This document shows positions 41,127-55,694 of a DNA stretch of 64,000 nt, piece after piece (the stretch's first letter is position 1; each line of letters starts with the position of its first letter). Under the pieces are notes generated by a model that had not been told where the DNA came from, did not search any database, and saw only the letters and a program-made list of their open reading frames with translations. Both the position numbers and the translations under genes were made by a program. This stretch comes from Eledone cirrhosa (taxonomy: Eukaryota), in assembly GCA_964016885.1 (NCBI GenBank), contig OZ024744.1, forward strand, positions 72,168,001-72,232,000, written 5' to 3'.

Positions 41127-41340
41127 AAAGCGTGTGGCTGAGTGGTTAGAGGATTGGATTCACAATCTTGAGGTTGTGAGTTCGATTCCTGGACCGGGCG
41201 ATGCGTTATGTCTTTGAGCAAGACACTTTATTTCACGTTTGGCCTTCTACCTGGAGTTGCGACCGATCGATAGTATTAGCAATTGGAAAGACCAATGGAA
41301 ACATTGTTTGCTCGGTCCGATTTGACAAAAGTCGATCGTT
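41127..41340 (+). mobile_element. Second tRNA-derived SINE family; copy at 11337-11517 (-), relatives at 28414-28617 (+), 9850-10010 (+), 47880-47945 (-)
   Basis: A box tggctgagtgg, B box gagttcgattcc, shared body ttgagcaagacactttatttcacgtt. Confidence 0.8.
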
Positions 41341-42338
41341 CCTTTTTCGTTTTATATATATTTATATATAATTGTTTCTATTGTTGGCACAAGGCCAGCA
41401 ATTACCCAGTACATTACTGGTACTTGATTTTATCGACCCTGTAAGGATGAAAGGCAAAGTTAACCTCGGCGGGATTTGAACTCAGATTATAAAGGGACGT
41501 AACTCTATGCTTCAAAGCATGGTGTCCGACTCCCTACCGATACTGCCATATTCAAAATATTAATAACTGAGAAATATTATCATAACCAAAGTATATATTT
41601 TATTATACGTATTTCAAAGGTACAATGCTGTTTCAGTACGTTTTCATCAGATAAAATATAGAAGAGATTGGTTAAACGACATACCCCTAAGGTCTTGAAT
41701 CTTCAATTCCTATATGTATGTATGTGTATGTATATATATATATACATACATATGTGTGTGTGTGTGTGCGTGCGTGTGTGTGTGCGTGTGTGCGCGTGTG
41801 TGTGTGTCTATTTTCGTATCCGAGTTATATATATATAACTACATGTAATTTCGCAAGTGTTAGGGGTTGAATTGCAGTACTTGTTAACATGTTAACAGAT
41901 TTATGATGTATGTACACTCAGTTAATGTTGTTTACAATAGATGGTTAGGATTAATAATGTTTTGTGGGGTGGCTATTTCTTTTTATATATATGTATTTAT
42001 TCATTCTTGATTTTAATTTTAATTTTTGTTTTGTTTTTTGTTTGTTTGTTTGTTTGTTGTTGTTGTTGTTGTTGTTGTTTTTTTGTTTTGTTTTTTTGTT
42101 CTTGCTAAGAAAATGCTTTAACAGAAATGAATTTTCTTTAACATACATCACGTACGCACATACGCACGCAGGCACACACGTATCTGTATATATACATATA
42201 TATATATGAGTGTGTGTGCGTGCGAGTGTGTGTGTGTGTATGTGTGTGTGTATGCATGCATGTATGTTTATATATATATATATATATATGAAAAGAGTCA
42301 GGTCCCGACGGCTGAGCTCCGGCCGTTTCGACAGCTAG

Positions 42339-42394
<56 letters not shown>

Positions 42395-42395
42395 G

Positions 42396-42449
<54 letters not shown>

Positions 42450-42492
42450 TGTGTGTGTGTGTATGCATGCGTGCGTGCGTGCGTATATATGT

Positions 42493-42770
42493 ATACTCTT
42501 TTACTCTATTTCAGTCATCCGGCTGAGGCCATGTTGCTACACGCACCTACTCCAGCCTGTGTTGGCTGGCCATTGGTGTAAGAGGGAGTTCGTTGCTGCT
42601 GCCCTTAGGTTACCTTGGTATCGTACTGTGGGCTCATCCGAGATCCTGGATAGCAGGGTGTCAAGATGTTTCTTGAAAAATCCACGTCCACACCATGCAG
42701 ATCTCTCAAATTTCTTGGCAGCTTGAAGAGCTGGTGGTCTTTGAAACCAGGCTATTACAATATCTGGTTC
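42493..42770 (-). mobile_element. CR1/L2-group LINE 3' end
   Basis: QLF.LPRNLRDLHGVDVD.FKKHLDTLLSRISDEP...RAAATNSLLHQ; tail gactgaaatagagtaaaagagta. Confidence 0.75.
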
Positions 42771-42958
42771 TTATTCTAGATGTATAGAAATGGCTCCTAC
42801 AGGATTAGAACTGTTTAATTCGAAGGAAATTATCAGAAAATCTATCCTGATAATTTCCCTCGAATAAAACAGTTCTAGTCCTCTAGAAGCCGTTTCTAAA
42901 TTTACTTATAAACTACTATATATTGAGTACCATACTGTTGTCGCCCCGGATTGAATCC

Positions 42959-43041
<83 letters not shown>

Positions 43042-43531
43042 GTGTGTGTGTATACATATATATATGTATATATGTATGAATGCAGATTTTTATGTATTCA
43101 TATCAATTTGATCAATTTGCTTTTTCAATATTTGGATTCTCGTGTTCTCTATAAAATGATCCATGCGAAGGATTATTTCCTTAATAAAACAAATTAAAAT
43201 GGTAATAAATAAAATACAATACAATAAAATAAATCAAAATAAAAACAAAAACAACAAGTTCGATAAGAAAAAAAAATATAATGGGAGAAAATATATGTAA
43301 ATGTGTAAATATAGTAAACACTAAAAAAAAAAAAATAAATTAGTTCTGAATAACCAGGTCAAATCTGACCACCCATCAACAATGAAAAAAAAAATTGCAA
43401 AAAACAAAAATATACAGAGATGTGTTTTTTTTTTGAGAATCAGACAGAGACAAAGTTGATTGACCTCGTATGTTTGGGGCCCCACTTCATCACTAGCGCT
43501 TAAGCTCTGGAGTACAGTGTAGAAAATATAC

Positions 43532-43597
<66 letters not shown>

Positions 43598-44129
43598 TGC
43601 CGTGCTGAAAACAAGTTCTAGTCATTACCTACTTTCTTTGCCTATCAATCTAACAACACATCTTGCTACTTCACAAATCTCTCACCTCTCGCAGGACTTA
43701 ACGAAAACACTCTAGCCTATCTAATGTTTTATTTTAGATTGAATTGTCATGTCTCAAAATAATGTTGTTGTTATTTTGTTTGTTTTGTTTTGTTTTGTTT
43801 TTGCCGCAGTTTACGGCTGAGGGTAAGGTGGTGACACCTCGACTCGTCAGAAATCGGAGAAAAGGGCGTTTGTATAAGTAGTAACAACAACTACAAACTA
43901 AAGCAACAAAAACAAACCAACATCAAGTCATTCACAAAACAGTAACAAGACAACAATGAAACATTAATCGTTCCAGAAATTACAATAATCTATGGATCAA
44001 GAGCTCAACTATGATTTTCATAGCATTAACCCTAGCGATACCAAACATCTTAAAACCGACCCTGATTTTATGATACGAAACTGTTGATTTTAAAGTGTTC
44101 ACGTTTATCTAAAAACATTCCATTATATT

Positions 44130-44365
44130 TCGTTTCTGAATTTGTTTAGAAAGATTCTTTATCTAAAGACGTGAGTTGAAACCGATATTGTTATACTTTG
44201 GGAGGGTCATGTTGCCAATAAGAAACACACGCACCAGTTGCGTTCACTTCAATTTATTATAAATTAAATTATAAATTAAAAAATGTTTATAAATTTCCGG
44301 TTGGTTGTTTGGTTCCACAACCGGACGGTTGTTCATATATTCTCAAAGTTCTTTCGTCACACATA
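44130..44365 (-). mobile_element. Solo 3' terminal fragment of the same PLE
   Basis: Near identical to 50980-51195 (gttgaaaccgatattgttatactttgggagggtcatgttgccaataagaaacacacgcacc...). Confidence 0.85.
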
Positions 44366-45339
44366 ATTTTGTAGTTACGTCCCTTCACGGACTGAGTTCA
44401 AATCCCGCCGAGGTTAACTTTGCCTTTCATCCTTACGGAGTCGATAAAATAAAGTACCAGTAAAGTAATTGTTGGCCTTGTGTTAAAAGTAGAAACAATT
44501 ATAATTTTATATAAATGTTTTCTGATTTAGGCACAAAGCCAACAATTTGGGGAAAGGGGAAAATCAATTAAATCGACCCCAGTGCATTACTGGTACTTTA
44601 TTTTATCGAACCCCGTAAGGATGAAAAGCAAAGTTAACCTCGGTGAGATTTGAACTCAGAACGTGAAGGGCCGTAACTCTACGCTACAAAGCATGGTGTC
44701 TGACGCTCTACCGATACTGCCAATCCACCACACTATTATAATTTTATATAATGACCTTTGGTAAATGATATACCAAACACCAACTTTGCGGCGTGCAGCT
44801 CCAATACCAGTCCCAGAGCCCCTTTCCCTTCTCCCTCCCATTCTGATGTGACACTAGCGCTCTTGCCTTTCCCTTCTTTTTACGTTTTCATATCCACAAA
44901 AGACACTTAAACATTCAATATAACTTTATTTTGTGTAGTGGAGTACACTTTTCATTATAAGTTCCTCTAATTTCTTGATTATTTTTAAAATTAATTGAAA
45001 TACAGAGATACTGTATTTTCTTAGAAACATGGTACCCAAATTTATTAAACATCTAAGAGAGGGTCGGACGCCATGCTTTGACGCAAAGAGTTACGGCCCT
45101 TTCCATTCTGAGTTCAAATCCCGCCGAGGTTAACTTTGCTTTTCCTCCTTACGGGGGGTCGATAAAATAAAGTACCAGTAATACACTAGGTAATTGCTGG
45201 CCTTGTGCTGGCCAAAAGTAGAAACAATTATTTGAAACAAGCAGGAGTGTGTTACGGGTAACATTTATTCTTTCTTTTTCCCAAAATTACAGAAAAGTTT
45301 TCGGCGAAAAATGAAGCAATTGGAAGAGGAACAGGGATG

Positions 45340-46540
45340 ATGGTGTGGATGTGATGTGGCTGGTAATGATAATAGTGGTGGTCGTGTTGGTGGTGGTGGT
45401 GGTGGTGGTGGTGGTGGTGATCGTGGTAGTAATGGTAGTGGTGATTGAGGTTGTGATAGTATGGTGGTGGTAATGGAGGTAATGGTGGCAATGGTGGTAG
45501 TGGTTGCAGTGGTGGTAGTATGGTTGTGATTGTGGTAGTGGGGTTGGTGATGATCGTGGTGGTGATGGTGATTGTGGTAGTGATAGTGTGGTGGTGGTTG
45601 TGGTAGTGATGGTGGTGATGGTGCTGGTAATGTGGTGGTAGAAGTGGTGGTAATGGTGTGGTTGTAGTGGTTGTAGTTATGGTCGTGGTGCTCGAGTAAG
45701 TGATTGTGGTAGTGTTTTTGTTGTTGTTGTTGGTGGTGGTGCTAATGATGGTGGTGGTGGTGGTGGTAGTGGTGGTAATATTGGTGGTGGTGGTGGTGGT
45801 AGTGGTGGTAAGTGGTGGTAGTGGTGGTAGTGGTGGTAGCTGTGGTCGTGATGCTCGTGTTGGTGATTGAGGTAGTGATTGTCGTAGTGTTGTTGTTGTT
45901 GGTGGTGGTAGTCGTCGTGATAATGATGGTAATGGTGGTGCTAGTGGTAGTGCTAATGGTGGTAGTCGTGGTGCTCTTGTAGGTGATTGTGGTAGTGGTG
46001 GTAATCGTGGTAGTGGTAGTGGTGGTGGTGGTGGTGGTGGTGGTAATGATGGTAATGGTGGTAGTGGTAGTATGGTTGCGTGGTTGTGATTGTGGTAGTG
46101 GTGATGGTAGTAGTTTTAATGGTGGTGGTGATGTTAGTGGTGGAGGAGATGGTATGGTGCTGGTTGTGTGGTTGTGGTGATGGTAGTAGTTTTAATGGTG
46201 GTGGTGATGTTAGTGGTGGTGGAGGAGATGGTATGGTGGTGGTTGTGTGGTTGTGGTGATGGTAGTAGTTTTAATGGTGGTGGTGATGTTAGTGGTGGAG
46301 AAGATGGTATGGTGCTGGTTGTGTGGTTGTGGTAGTGGTTTTAATGGTGGTGGTGATGTTAGTGGTGGAGGAGATGGTATGGTGCTGGTTGTGTGGTTGT
46401 GGTAGTGGTAGTGGTTTTAATGGTGGTGGTGATGTTAGTGGTGGAGGAGATGGTATGGTGGTGGTTGTGTGGTTATGGTAGTGGTAGTGGTTTTAATGGT
46501 AGTGGTGATGTTAGTGGTGGAGGAGATGGTATGGTGGTGG
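45340..46540. repeat. Degenerate (GGT)n tract ending in a roughly 65-75-bp minisatellite (46090-46540, about 6 units)
   Basis: Repeated ttttaatggtggtggtgatgttagtggtggaggagatggtatggtg. Confidence 0.9.
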
Positions 46541-46983
46541 TACTCTACTGGTGGGAACAGTATTTTTGTTCTGGTGAATTTCTCATAAAAGAACAACAAA
46601 GAAGATGAGCATGAGTTCATTTCGTTATGCAAAGAGTGAAAGGAAACAAAAAAAAAAGAAAAATAAATAAAATAAACCGACAAAACGAGAAAGAAACAGG
46701 TAAAAAAAAAAAGTACTAAAACAAACAAAATAATAAAAAAATAAGGGAGGAGATGAACGAGAGATATATTTTGTCCAGGCACGCACGACCACACACAAAT
46801 ACCCGTATATACTCAAAGAGGTACAAACACAAACACAAACACAAACCAGGCAAGCATATATAAATACAAAATTCAACAACACGCACACATAAGCAGAGAC
46901 TGAACAAACATGCATTTTTTAAACATGTTAAACCAACAGAAATAATTCACATATTGTACAAACCTGCAAATATTCATATACAC

Positions 46984-47016
<33 letters not shown>

Positions 47017-47052
47017 TGTATGTATGTATGTATGTATGTATGTATGTATGTA

Positions 47053-47111
<59 letters not shown>

Positions 47112-47208
47112 TTATTTATGTATGTATGTGTGGATAGATGGATAGATGAAGGGATGTTTGTATACATATGTACACACATACACAGAGAAATATGTATATA
47201 TATATGTG

Positions 47209-47309
<101 letters not shown>

Positions 47310-47390
47310 TCATACATACACGTACACACACTCACACACACACACACATATATATAATGAATACGCATACATAATATTCTAAGTGCCTGT

Positions 47391-47445
<55 letters not shown>

Positions 47446-48240
47446 CATATATATGTGTGTGTATGTGTGTGTGTCGGTGTTTGTATGGATCTATTTACAC
47501 GTATCCAAACGTACACAACATATACCTTACACCTCATACTCATAAAAATATACACAGAAAATGACGAAGGAAACAAATTCTGTGTCTCTTCGTAACTTCC
47601 CGTGAGAATATCAGAAGCAGCAAAGTTGTAAAAAATACTGAACAAAAGAAATTGCAGAAATTATTAACAGCAAAGGTGAGGTGTATATTATGCTGATTAG
47701 ATTGCTATTGAACTCCTGTCAGTTCAGACGAGTGTTTTGGTTGTTCAACGAACAGAACTACCAGATTGTAAAATGAACTGCAAGTGGCTGAGTATTCCAT
47801 AAAACGGATACATGCTTGACGTAGTACTCGGAGATTCGGCGAGAAAAAGTGAAAATTTTGAATTTCAGATACAACCAGTCATTTTTGTCAAATGAGTGAA
47901 CCTGAGAAACGTGTAATAAAGTAACTTGTTTAAGGACACAACTCCTCGCTGAAAATCGTAGGCCAGCCACACGGACCTGTAACATATCCTGAACAAGCAA
48001 TGACTGTGCTTTGAAGGTGTTTTAAGTGGTGAAAGGCCTTGCACTCGACCAATCCCACTCTCTGAGCATCGAAAACACTACCTGAAAAGGAGAACTTTTA
48101 CAACTTCGCCACCAGGAAGGTGGCTGGTCAAAATCGTACTCAAAATTAAGAAATAGAAAAATACATCCATACATACATACATGCATACATACATACATAC
48201 ATGTATATATACATACATACGCATATACATATATACATAC

Positions 48241-48540
48241 ATTGCTGAGGAATTTGCAGATCCAGTATCCAAGATACACCTTCAGCTTCATACCCATCAT
48301 TAGTAGAGCTACAGGTTATATACCAACCCGCTTGGACCAAAGTATGACTTAACTTGGATTTGTGGACAAAGAACGCAGCTCCCTAATTCATAGACTACAA
48401 ATGGCTGCGATAGCTGACACCTTCAAAATTTGCAAAACATTCTTGTGATTCAAGGGACGACAATTTCTTTTCTTTGACAATCATGCCACCAGGAAGGTGA
48501 CCGGTCAAAAATGTACTGGAAATTATGAGAAAGAGAAACA
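48241..48540 (+). mobile_element. R4/Dong-like (RLE) retrotransposon 3' end in (ATAC)n; sister 3' UTR at 48105-48165
   Basis: LLRNLQIQYPRYTFSFIPIISRATGYIP...LG...IHRLQMAAIADTFKICKTFL*; shared tail gccaccaggaaggtg.c.ggtcaaaa. Confidence 0.65.
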
Positions 48541-48600
48541 TACATACAGACATACATGCACACATACATACATACATGCACACATACATACACACATGCA

Positions 48601-48745
<145 letters not shown>

Positions 48746-48883
48746 CAGAGGAATGTTGCATATAACTAGTTGTTACGTCGTTACATCTTGAGGTTAAGCC
48801 GGTCCTAGCCATCCAAAAGCTCTTTGTGACAGTAGTTTATCACAGTTAAGAGCTGGTGATTAGTTGGTGACGGAGTATTCATT

Positions 48884-49162
48884 TATCAAATAAAGGTAGT
48901 TAAGACGAGATTATTTCACCATAATTGCTTATGGCATGATATATATTTCTGTTAAATTCTTATTCATGTGACTTCATCAGAGTCTTACGCAATCGTAGGT
49001 GCAGTTATGCAATCATTGGGGTATTCCGGTGGCCATGTATGACTGCACATATGATTGCGTAAGAATCTGACGAAGTCACATGAATAACCATATAACAGAA
49101 ATATATATCATGCAATAAACAATTATGGTGAATTAATCGCGTCTTAACTACCTTTATTGATA
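48884..49162. repeat. Diverged inverted repeat with about 125-bp arms
   Basis: tatcaaataaaggtagttaagacg...gtgcagttat versus atgactgcac...cgtcttaactacctttattgata. A CTGAYGA box lies in the arms. Confidence 0.85.
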
Positions 49163-50910
49163 TATATATATAAAGAAATTAGGAAAAAGATTTCAAAGAA
49201 ATTATTTTCCCGTCACACCAATTTAGTTACAACTCTCAACGTGTCATATATTATTCCAAAGGATATAAAAGGATATATGCTTTAATGATGAATGTTGGTT
49301 TACAGAACTGTTCTTTTATCCGTGGTGAACTCCCTTGGATTTATTCAGAATATTTGTTGTTATGAGCTTGCAAGACTTAAATATCACAATAGCAATCCTT
49401 GATTCTACAAATGTTTCTCTACAATATTCAGTTGTTTATACGATCGCACAACATTATTAGATGAAAATATAAAGTCTTCCAGTGACTAAATTGTTTCTCA
49501 AAAATTTACATCTTCAAGAATTTACATCCGCAAAATCAATGGTATAATACCTTGAACAACGGTTGTATACCCGTATGCTAGAATAATATACCTATATACG
49601 AGAAGTACAAAAATAGAAATTGTTGGATAAAGCCCCATACATGATAAATAAAGAGATCATACTGAAAAATGAAAAAGCATTAGGAAAGGATTTCTGCTTC
49701 TAAAATAAAGGCAAGGTGGTAAAGAACTATATTTGAATGAGAGATATGGTAAAAAAAAAAAGAGTACCCACTTAACTATGTGCTTTTCCAACAGAAGACC
49801 TTCCCGGAAAATTTACATTAGTTATTATTGAAAGTTTTAGCATATTCATGTATCAAATCTTTGAAATTACTAATTTTGTGTTGGAATGTGTGTGTGTGTG
49901 TATGTGGTGTTTCTGTGTGAGTGGTTGTGTGTGGGCGAGTTGTTCCTTTTTCTGTTTTTTTTTGTTTTGCATTTACATTTGTGGTGGTGTTGCTGGTAAT
50001 GTTGGTGGTGGTGGTGGAGTAGTGGTGGTGGTAGTGGTGGTGGTAGTGGTAGTGGTGGTGGTGGTGGTGGTGGGGCTGGTCTTGGTGGTGTTGGTGGTGG
50101 CGGCGGCGGCGGCGGCGGTGGTGGTGGCGGCGGTGGTGGTGGCGGCGGTGGTATTATATGGCTCTTAGCAAATAGCTGGGGAAATATTTGCACTCTGAAA
50201 GATTTGTTTTCGTACAACACTTGGTATTAACACTGTTGCTTGAGCCGACATAGTAAGATTATATGGACGTAAGGGGAGGGAGCAACTTCACTGTTTGTGT
50301 TTATTTCTTTGTGTGTGTGCGCCTGTGTGTGTGTGTATGTGTGTGTGTGTGTGCGCGCCTGTGTGTGTGCGCGCGCCTGTGTGTGTATGTGTGTGTGTGT
50401 GTGTGCGCCTGTGTGTGTGTATATGTGTGTGTGCCTGTGTGTGTGTGTGTACGCGCCTGTGTGTGTGTATGTGTGTGCGCCTGTGTGTGTATGTGTGTGC
50501 CTGTGTGTGTGTGTGTGTGTGTCTGTGTGTGCGCGCGCCTGTGTATGTGTATGTGTATGTGTGTGCCTGTGTGCCTGTGTGTGTTAGTGTGCGCCTGTGT
50601 GTGTGTGTGTGTGTATGTGTGTGTATGTGTCAGTCGAAAGGAAGAGGATAGTGTTGGATGTGAACTGCAGAGAAGATAAATTTGCTGATGATCGTTCGTT
50701 CCAGAAGAAAAACATAGAGATTTAGAGACAAAAAAAAAAAAAAGACACAACAAAAAATAGAAAACATAGCAGCGGTGAGGGAAGGAGCAGTAGTGTACTC
50801 TAATGTGATTTCTTCCGGACAGGACCGTTATATGATTATATACACTCGCAAATACATACGTATAAATGTATGTATGTCTATACACATAGATATACGTGTG
50901 TGCCTGTTGG

Positions 50911-50975
<65 letters not shown>

Positions 50976-51409
50976 TTTGTTTCTGAATGTGTTTAGCAAG
51001 ATTCTTTATCTGAAAACGTGTGTTGAAACCGATATTGTTATACTTTGGGAGGGTCATGTTGCCAATAAGAAACACACGCACCAGTTGCTTTCACTTCAAT
51101 TTATTATAAATTAAATTTATAAATTTCCGGTTTGGCTGGCTGGTTCCACAACCAGACGATTGTTCATATATTGTCAAACTTCTTTCGTCACACATTCTGT
51201 GACCTCTTCAGTGACTGGGGATTATTTTCTTTGTTTTTGTGCCTCTCCTTTGTTCTGTCCTACGCCATCTTGTTTTTGTGTGTTGTGTGCTTAGTTTGCG
51301 CATGTGTTACATCCGGGTGTCTGTGTGTGTTTATATTTGTTTATTTATTTGTTTATTTACATGTTACTGGTTGGTTGTTTGTTCTATGTGTGTGTGTGTT
51401 TTCATTTCC

Positions 51410-53079
51410 TTAATTGTAAGTTGTGATGTTGCTGTTCCATTCATGTTTTCTATTTTTTCTATTTAATTTTGGTTGGAGTTCATTTATGTTTATTGCCTCT
51501 GTGATTTGTCTAAACATTGCGTCTTTTCTGTTTGTAGATTCTATTTTTATTTTTATGTTCTGTAATTTACCCTTATGTTCTATTTTAGCATGTTGGTAGA
51601 GTACAGATGATTCTTGAAGCTCTCGCCAGTTTTCATTTATCCATTCCCCTATACTACGAGTTGTCACACCTATGTACACTATATTCTTATCTCTACATTG
51701 TCCTTCCGTATATCTTATGCTATATACTACATTTCTAGTTTTACAGTTAATATGGGGGTTTAGTTTACAGATTATACATTTCTTATCTATACAGGGAGGT
51801 CTTTGAAAAGGGTATGTATTGCTAATAAGTGTTTTTATGGAGGAACCTGGTCTTTCTACTATCTTAATATTGAGTTTATGTTTATCTAGGGCCCTTCTAA
51901 ATTTGTAAGCTAATTCACCTCTAGGGGTTGTATCGATGAACATTACACTCTGGTATTTATTGCTATCATACCATGAGTTTATTCTATTAACTTTATTCCT
52001 AGTTCTTTCTATTCTATTCCAAAATTTGCTCCTATACAAGGGGCAGGTCCCATTTGTATCATTATTTACCATTTTTTCCCATTTAGTTCTGGCTCCTCTA
52101 TATACTCTGATTTTATCTCTCTGATTATAACCAAAGAACTGCATACGGTGGATGAAGTGTTGTATCTGTCTCTCTATTTCTTTGGGGTTGCACATGCGGG
52201 ATACGTTTCTCATCACCCGTACCAAATCCGCAATCAGTATGTTGATTTTGGTGTGGTCCGAAACAGCAGAATTTCGGTGGATCAGATGTTTGGAAGTCAT
52301 GGGTTTGGCATAATGGGAATGGCGGATTTGTTTATTGTTATTAATTGTATCTAACCAGAGCTCTGTGTCTAGTACAGGTACTCGATGGTTGGGGTGTTTG
52401 CTTGGGTAGTCTATAGTAACTCTAATACTCTGGTGGATGGAGTTAGCTATTTGCTGGATGCTTTCCGTGGTGTTTTTCTCTACTTCCTGATTGTTCTCTA
52501 GTGGGTGTGTTTTTAATACGATGTTTATATCATCAACGTAGCAGGAGTACATTATCAGGGTTAAGAGGTTGCTGTCTTCTAATTGTTCTTTAAGTTTAAG
52601 TTTAAGTCTATTGTCCCACCATACCATGAATAGGTTAGCTGTCACCTACAATGCTAACACCAATGGCTGCTCCCTCCTCTTGGGCATATGTTTTTCCATT
52701 AAATTTGAACATATGTTCCATAAGGGTTAATTTTATGCTGGCCTCCACCGCATGTGCAATCATTTTCTTTAGTTCATCGTGGTTTTCGGGTGTCCGTATG
52801 GCTCTGGTCCACTCGTTCCATCTATCTGTGTGGGTTTTCTTGGCCATTGAGGTAATGGTAGGTGGTCTGCCTCTTGCTGGTCTTGTAGGGCACAGGTTGC
52901 TAAGGTCATATGTGTCTCGGTAATTATTACTATAGGTAAGTTTAAGTAGGAGTCCCAGCTCACTGGTATCAATCCCACGGAACTCAACATTGCTCTCACT
53001 GATCATTTCTACGCATTTCTCCACAGCAAAATCCACGTCAATAGATGGGTACAGGGACACAACATCCATACTACCTATT
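51410..53079 (-). pseudogene. PLE reverse transcriptase-GIY-YIG ORF, N-truncated, frameshifted near 52640
   Basis: ORFs 52635-53225 and 51410-52645 join across one frameshift. Substitutions in the nuclease region (IGEWINENWR where R..EH is expected). Confidence 0.88.
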
Positions 53080-53169
53080 ATGCGCAAACTAAGCACACAA
53101 CACACACAAAAACAAGATGGCGTAGGACCGAAAAAAGGAGAGGCACAAAAACAAAGAAAATAATCCCCA

Positions 53170-53212
53170 GTCACTGAAGAGGTCACAGAATGTGTGACGA
53201 AAGAACTTTGAC
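53170..53212 (+). ncRNA. Minimal type I hammerhead ribozyme in the PLE pseudo-LTR (second copy at 51173-51215, minus strand)
   Basis: GTCA-CTGAAGA-g-GTCACA gaatg TGTGAC-GAAA-G aa C-TT-TGAC gives the core boxes, a 6-bp stem II and a 4-bp stem I. Confidence 0.7.
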
Positions 53213-53385
53213 AATATATGAACAATCGTCTGGTTGTGGAACCAACCAGTCAACCGGAAATTTATAAATTCCTAAATTTATAAATTTTATTTATAATAAA
53301 TTGAAGTGAAAGCAACTGGTGCGTGTGTTGTGTGTTTCTTATTGGCAACATGACCCTCCCAAAGCATAAGAATATATATATATAT

Positions 53386-53422
<37 letters not shown>

Positions 53423-53426
53423 GATA

Positions 53427-53468
<42 letters not shown>

Positions 53469-53525
53469 GTTCAGAAATAGCCGTCGAAACGGTTTGAGCT
53501 CTGCCGTCGGGTGTCATACTTTTTC

Positions 53526-53558
<33 letters not shown>

Positions 53559-53707
53559 CCGGCATATATATATGTATGTATATATATATATATATATATA
53601 CATAGATTTACGTGTGTGTCTGTCGATATATATATATATATTATTATATTATTATATTATAAATATACATATATATGTATATGTATATATGTATATATGT
53701 ATATATA

Positions 53708-53738
<31 letters not shown>

Positions 53739-53908
53739 GTATATATATGTATGTATTTATGTATATATGGTAGGTAATAGGACACACCCACACTCCACGG
53801 GCTACGCTGTAATTGATTCATTCCATTTCTACACTGCATGAACGAACAAATATATACACTGTGGAACAGGCATTGAATGCTGTTTGTCGCATTTGTAAAT
53901 GAAAACTT

Positions 53909-53970
<62 letters not shown>

Positions 53971-54091
53971 TAAGTATGCACACATACACATATGTATATA
54001 TAAACAGACACATATATACATAAACATATGTACGTATGGGTTATATCGAACATTAATAATAATGCCCGATTTCAACACTGGCTTTGAGTAA

Positions 54092-54132
54092 CAATCAACG
54101 TGTTTCTGGGTCATTACCCTTCATCAGGACTG
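54092..54132 (-). ncRNA. Minimal type I hammerhead ribozyme
   Basis: Minus strand: CAGTC-CTGATGA-a-GGGT aatg ACCC-a-GAAA-CACG-TT-GATTG. Confidence 0.7.
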
Positions 54133-55162
54133 TATACCTCTGCCAGTCAGTTGAATGGTTGAAAATATATAGTATTTACTTAAGTACACATCGGCTGAGT
54201 AGCCACATTTGCATACCGAGTGATATATACATATACATACATACAAGTATGCATTTGCATACATATATACATATATACAAGTATACATTTACATACATAT
54301 ATACACGTTAGTAATCAGTTGGAGATTTACTTCAATTCTACTCGAAGTTTCACAGACGCGAGGTATCCGTGTGATCAGTCAGACATATATATAGTAGAAG
54401 AGTCAGACCCTTTCTCTGCAGAATATACTCTAGATTCGATAGCCATTGAGACTAACGTAACTATTTCCTCGCAACATAATGGCAAAATTAATAAACAAAG
54501 AAATAGTACATATAAAGAAAGCTAATGAAGGCCACGCACGCCATGCTTTGCAGCATAGAGTTACGGCCCTTTATGATCTGAGTTCAAATCCCGCTGAGGT
54601 TAACTTTGCCTTTCACCCTTACGATGTCGATAAAATAAAGTACCAGTAATTCACTGGAATAATTGCTGGCCTTGTGCCAAAGTAGAAACAATTATATTCA
54701 TCCATGAAAATTCTAACTACTGTTTGTCTTCGATAATTATGAGATTTTCTTAACTTTTCCCCGATATCGATATTTTAGAAAGCCGTACCATTGTAACAAT
54801 ACATTGCTAGAAACTTGGGTGAGAAGCTAGTCTTAACAAAGAAAAAAAAAACCATCCATCAATACATGAGAAGACACGTGAAGTAGACGTTATATTTTAA
54901 TCATCTGTATGACTGGAGCTTTACCACGAGCATAGCCAGTTATTTTCTAACTCGAATGATTTCCGTACATGGTAACATGGTAACAGGAAAACATTCGGAT
55001 ATTCTAAAAAAAATGTTAGTCTCCTGAAATTTTTTCATAGCAAAAATATATTTTTCCCTTTACACATATGAAAAATTAAATGTTCCTCCTCGTGGCATTA
55101 AAATCAACAATTCCTGTCCGAGACCATACACCTCAATAATCAGTTTGTTTCTCTCAAAATCC

Positions 55163-55283
<121 letters not shown>

Positions 55284-55490
55284 AGGTGAGTAATATTTTA
55301 GAACAATATAACTATGCACATATCACATAAGTAGTACTCAAAAGTTGGTAGAACTGGAGTATATATTAAAGAAGAAATTAAAAGATGGTTAAAGAAGTTC
55401 CATACATTTTATTATGCGCATTTCGAAAACATATGTAGGTTTTGCACTTTCATGTTGACAAATGTTTTTAGGCCTCATATCATGTTACCT

Positions 55491-55560
55491 TATTTTATCT
55501 GATGAGAACACAATTTTTGTCCCAGGATGATGTTGTTTTCGAAATGCGCATAATAAAATA
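55491..55560 (+). ncRNA. Type I hammerhead ribozyme, same family as 38135
   Basis: TATTTTAT-CTGATGA-stem II-GAAA-TGCGCA-TA-ATAAAATA, with an 8-bp stem I. Confidence 0.8.
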
Positions 55561-55660
55561 TATGGAACTTCTTTAACCATCTTTTAATTTCTTCTTTTAT
55601 ATATATATAGTATATGGAAGGAATATATTAGTCTAACACTTGAAATAGCAGGAAGAGGGT

Positions 55661-55694
55661 GTTAACGTTTCGGACGCTAGTCTTTCATCAAAAG
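55661..55694 (-). ncRNA. Degenerate minimal hammerhead
   Basis: Minus strand: tTGATGA-aa-GAC tagc GTC-c-GAAA-CG-TT. C3 is mutated. Confidence 0.45.

Larger units (their letters stand above)
50975..53365 (-). mobile_element. Penelope-like element (probably Neptune-type), 5'-truncated, with inverted pseudo-LTR, inserted in (TA)n
   Basis: RT motifs SMDVVSLYPSI, QEEGAAIG, YVDD and VPVLDT. Cys linker PCIDKKCIIC. GIY-YIG NVVY...YIGVTTR. 51045-51302 recurs inverted at 53080-53363. Confidence 0.93.

Noticed and set aside
41127-41200. tRNA gene
   Set aside because: A and B boxes are present but there is no cloverleaf and it continues into a SINE body.
47531-47637. Possible minus-strand exon
   Set aside because: Plausible splice sites but no recognisable peptide.
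49870-50220. Proline-rich (formin/WASP-like) ORF
   Set aside because: GGT/GGC microsatellite with no flanking domain.
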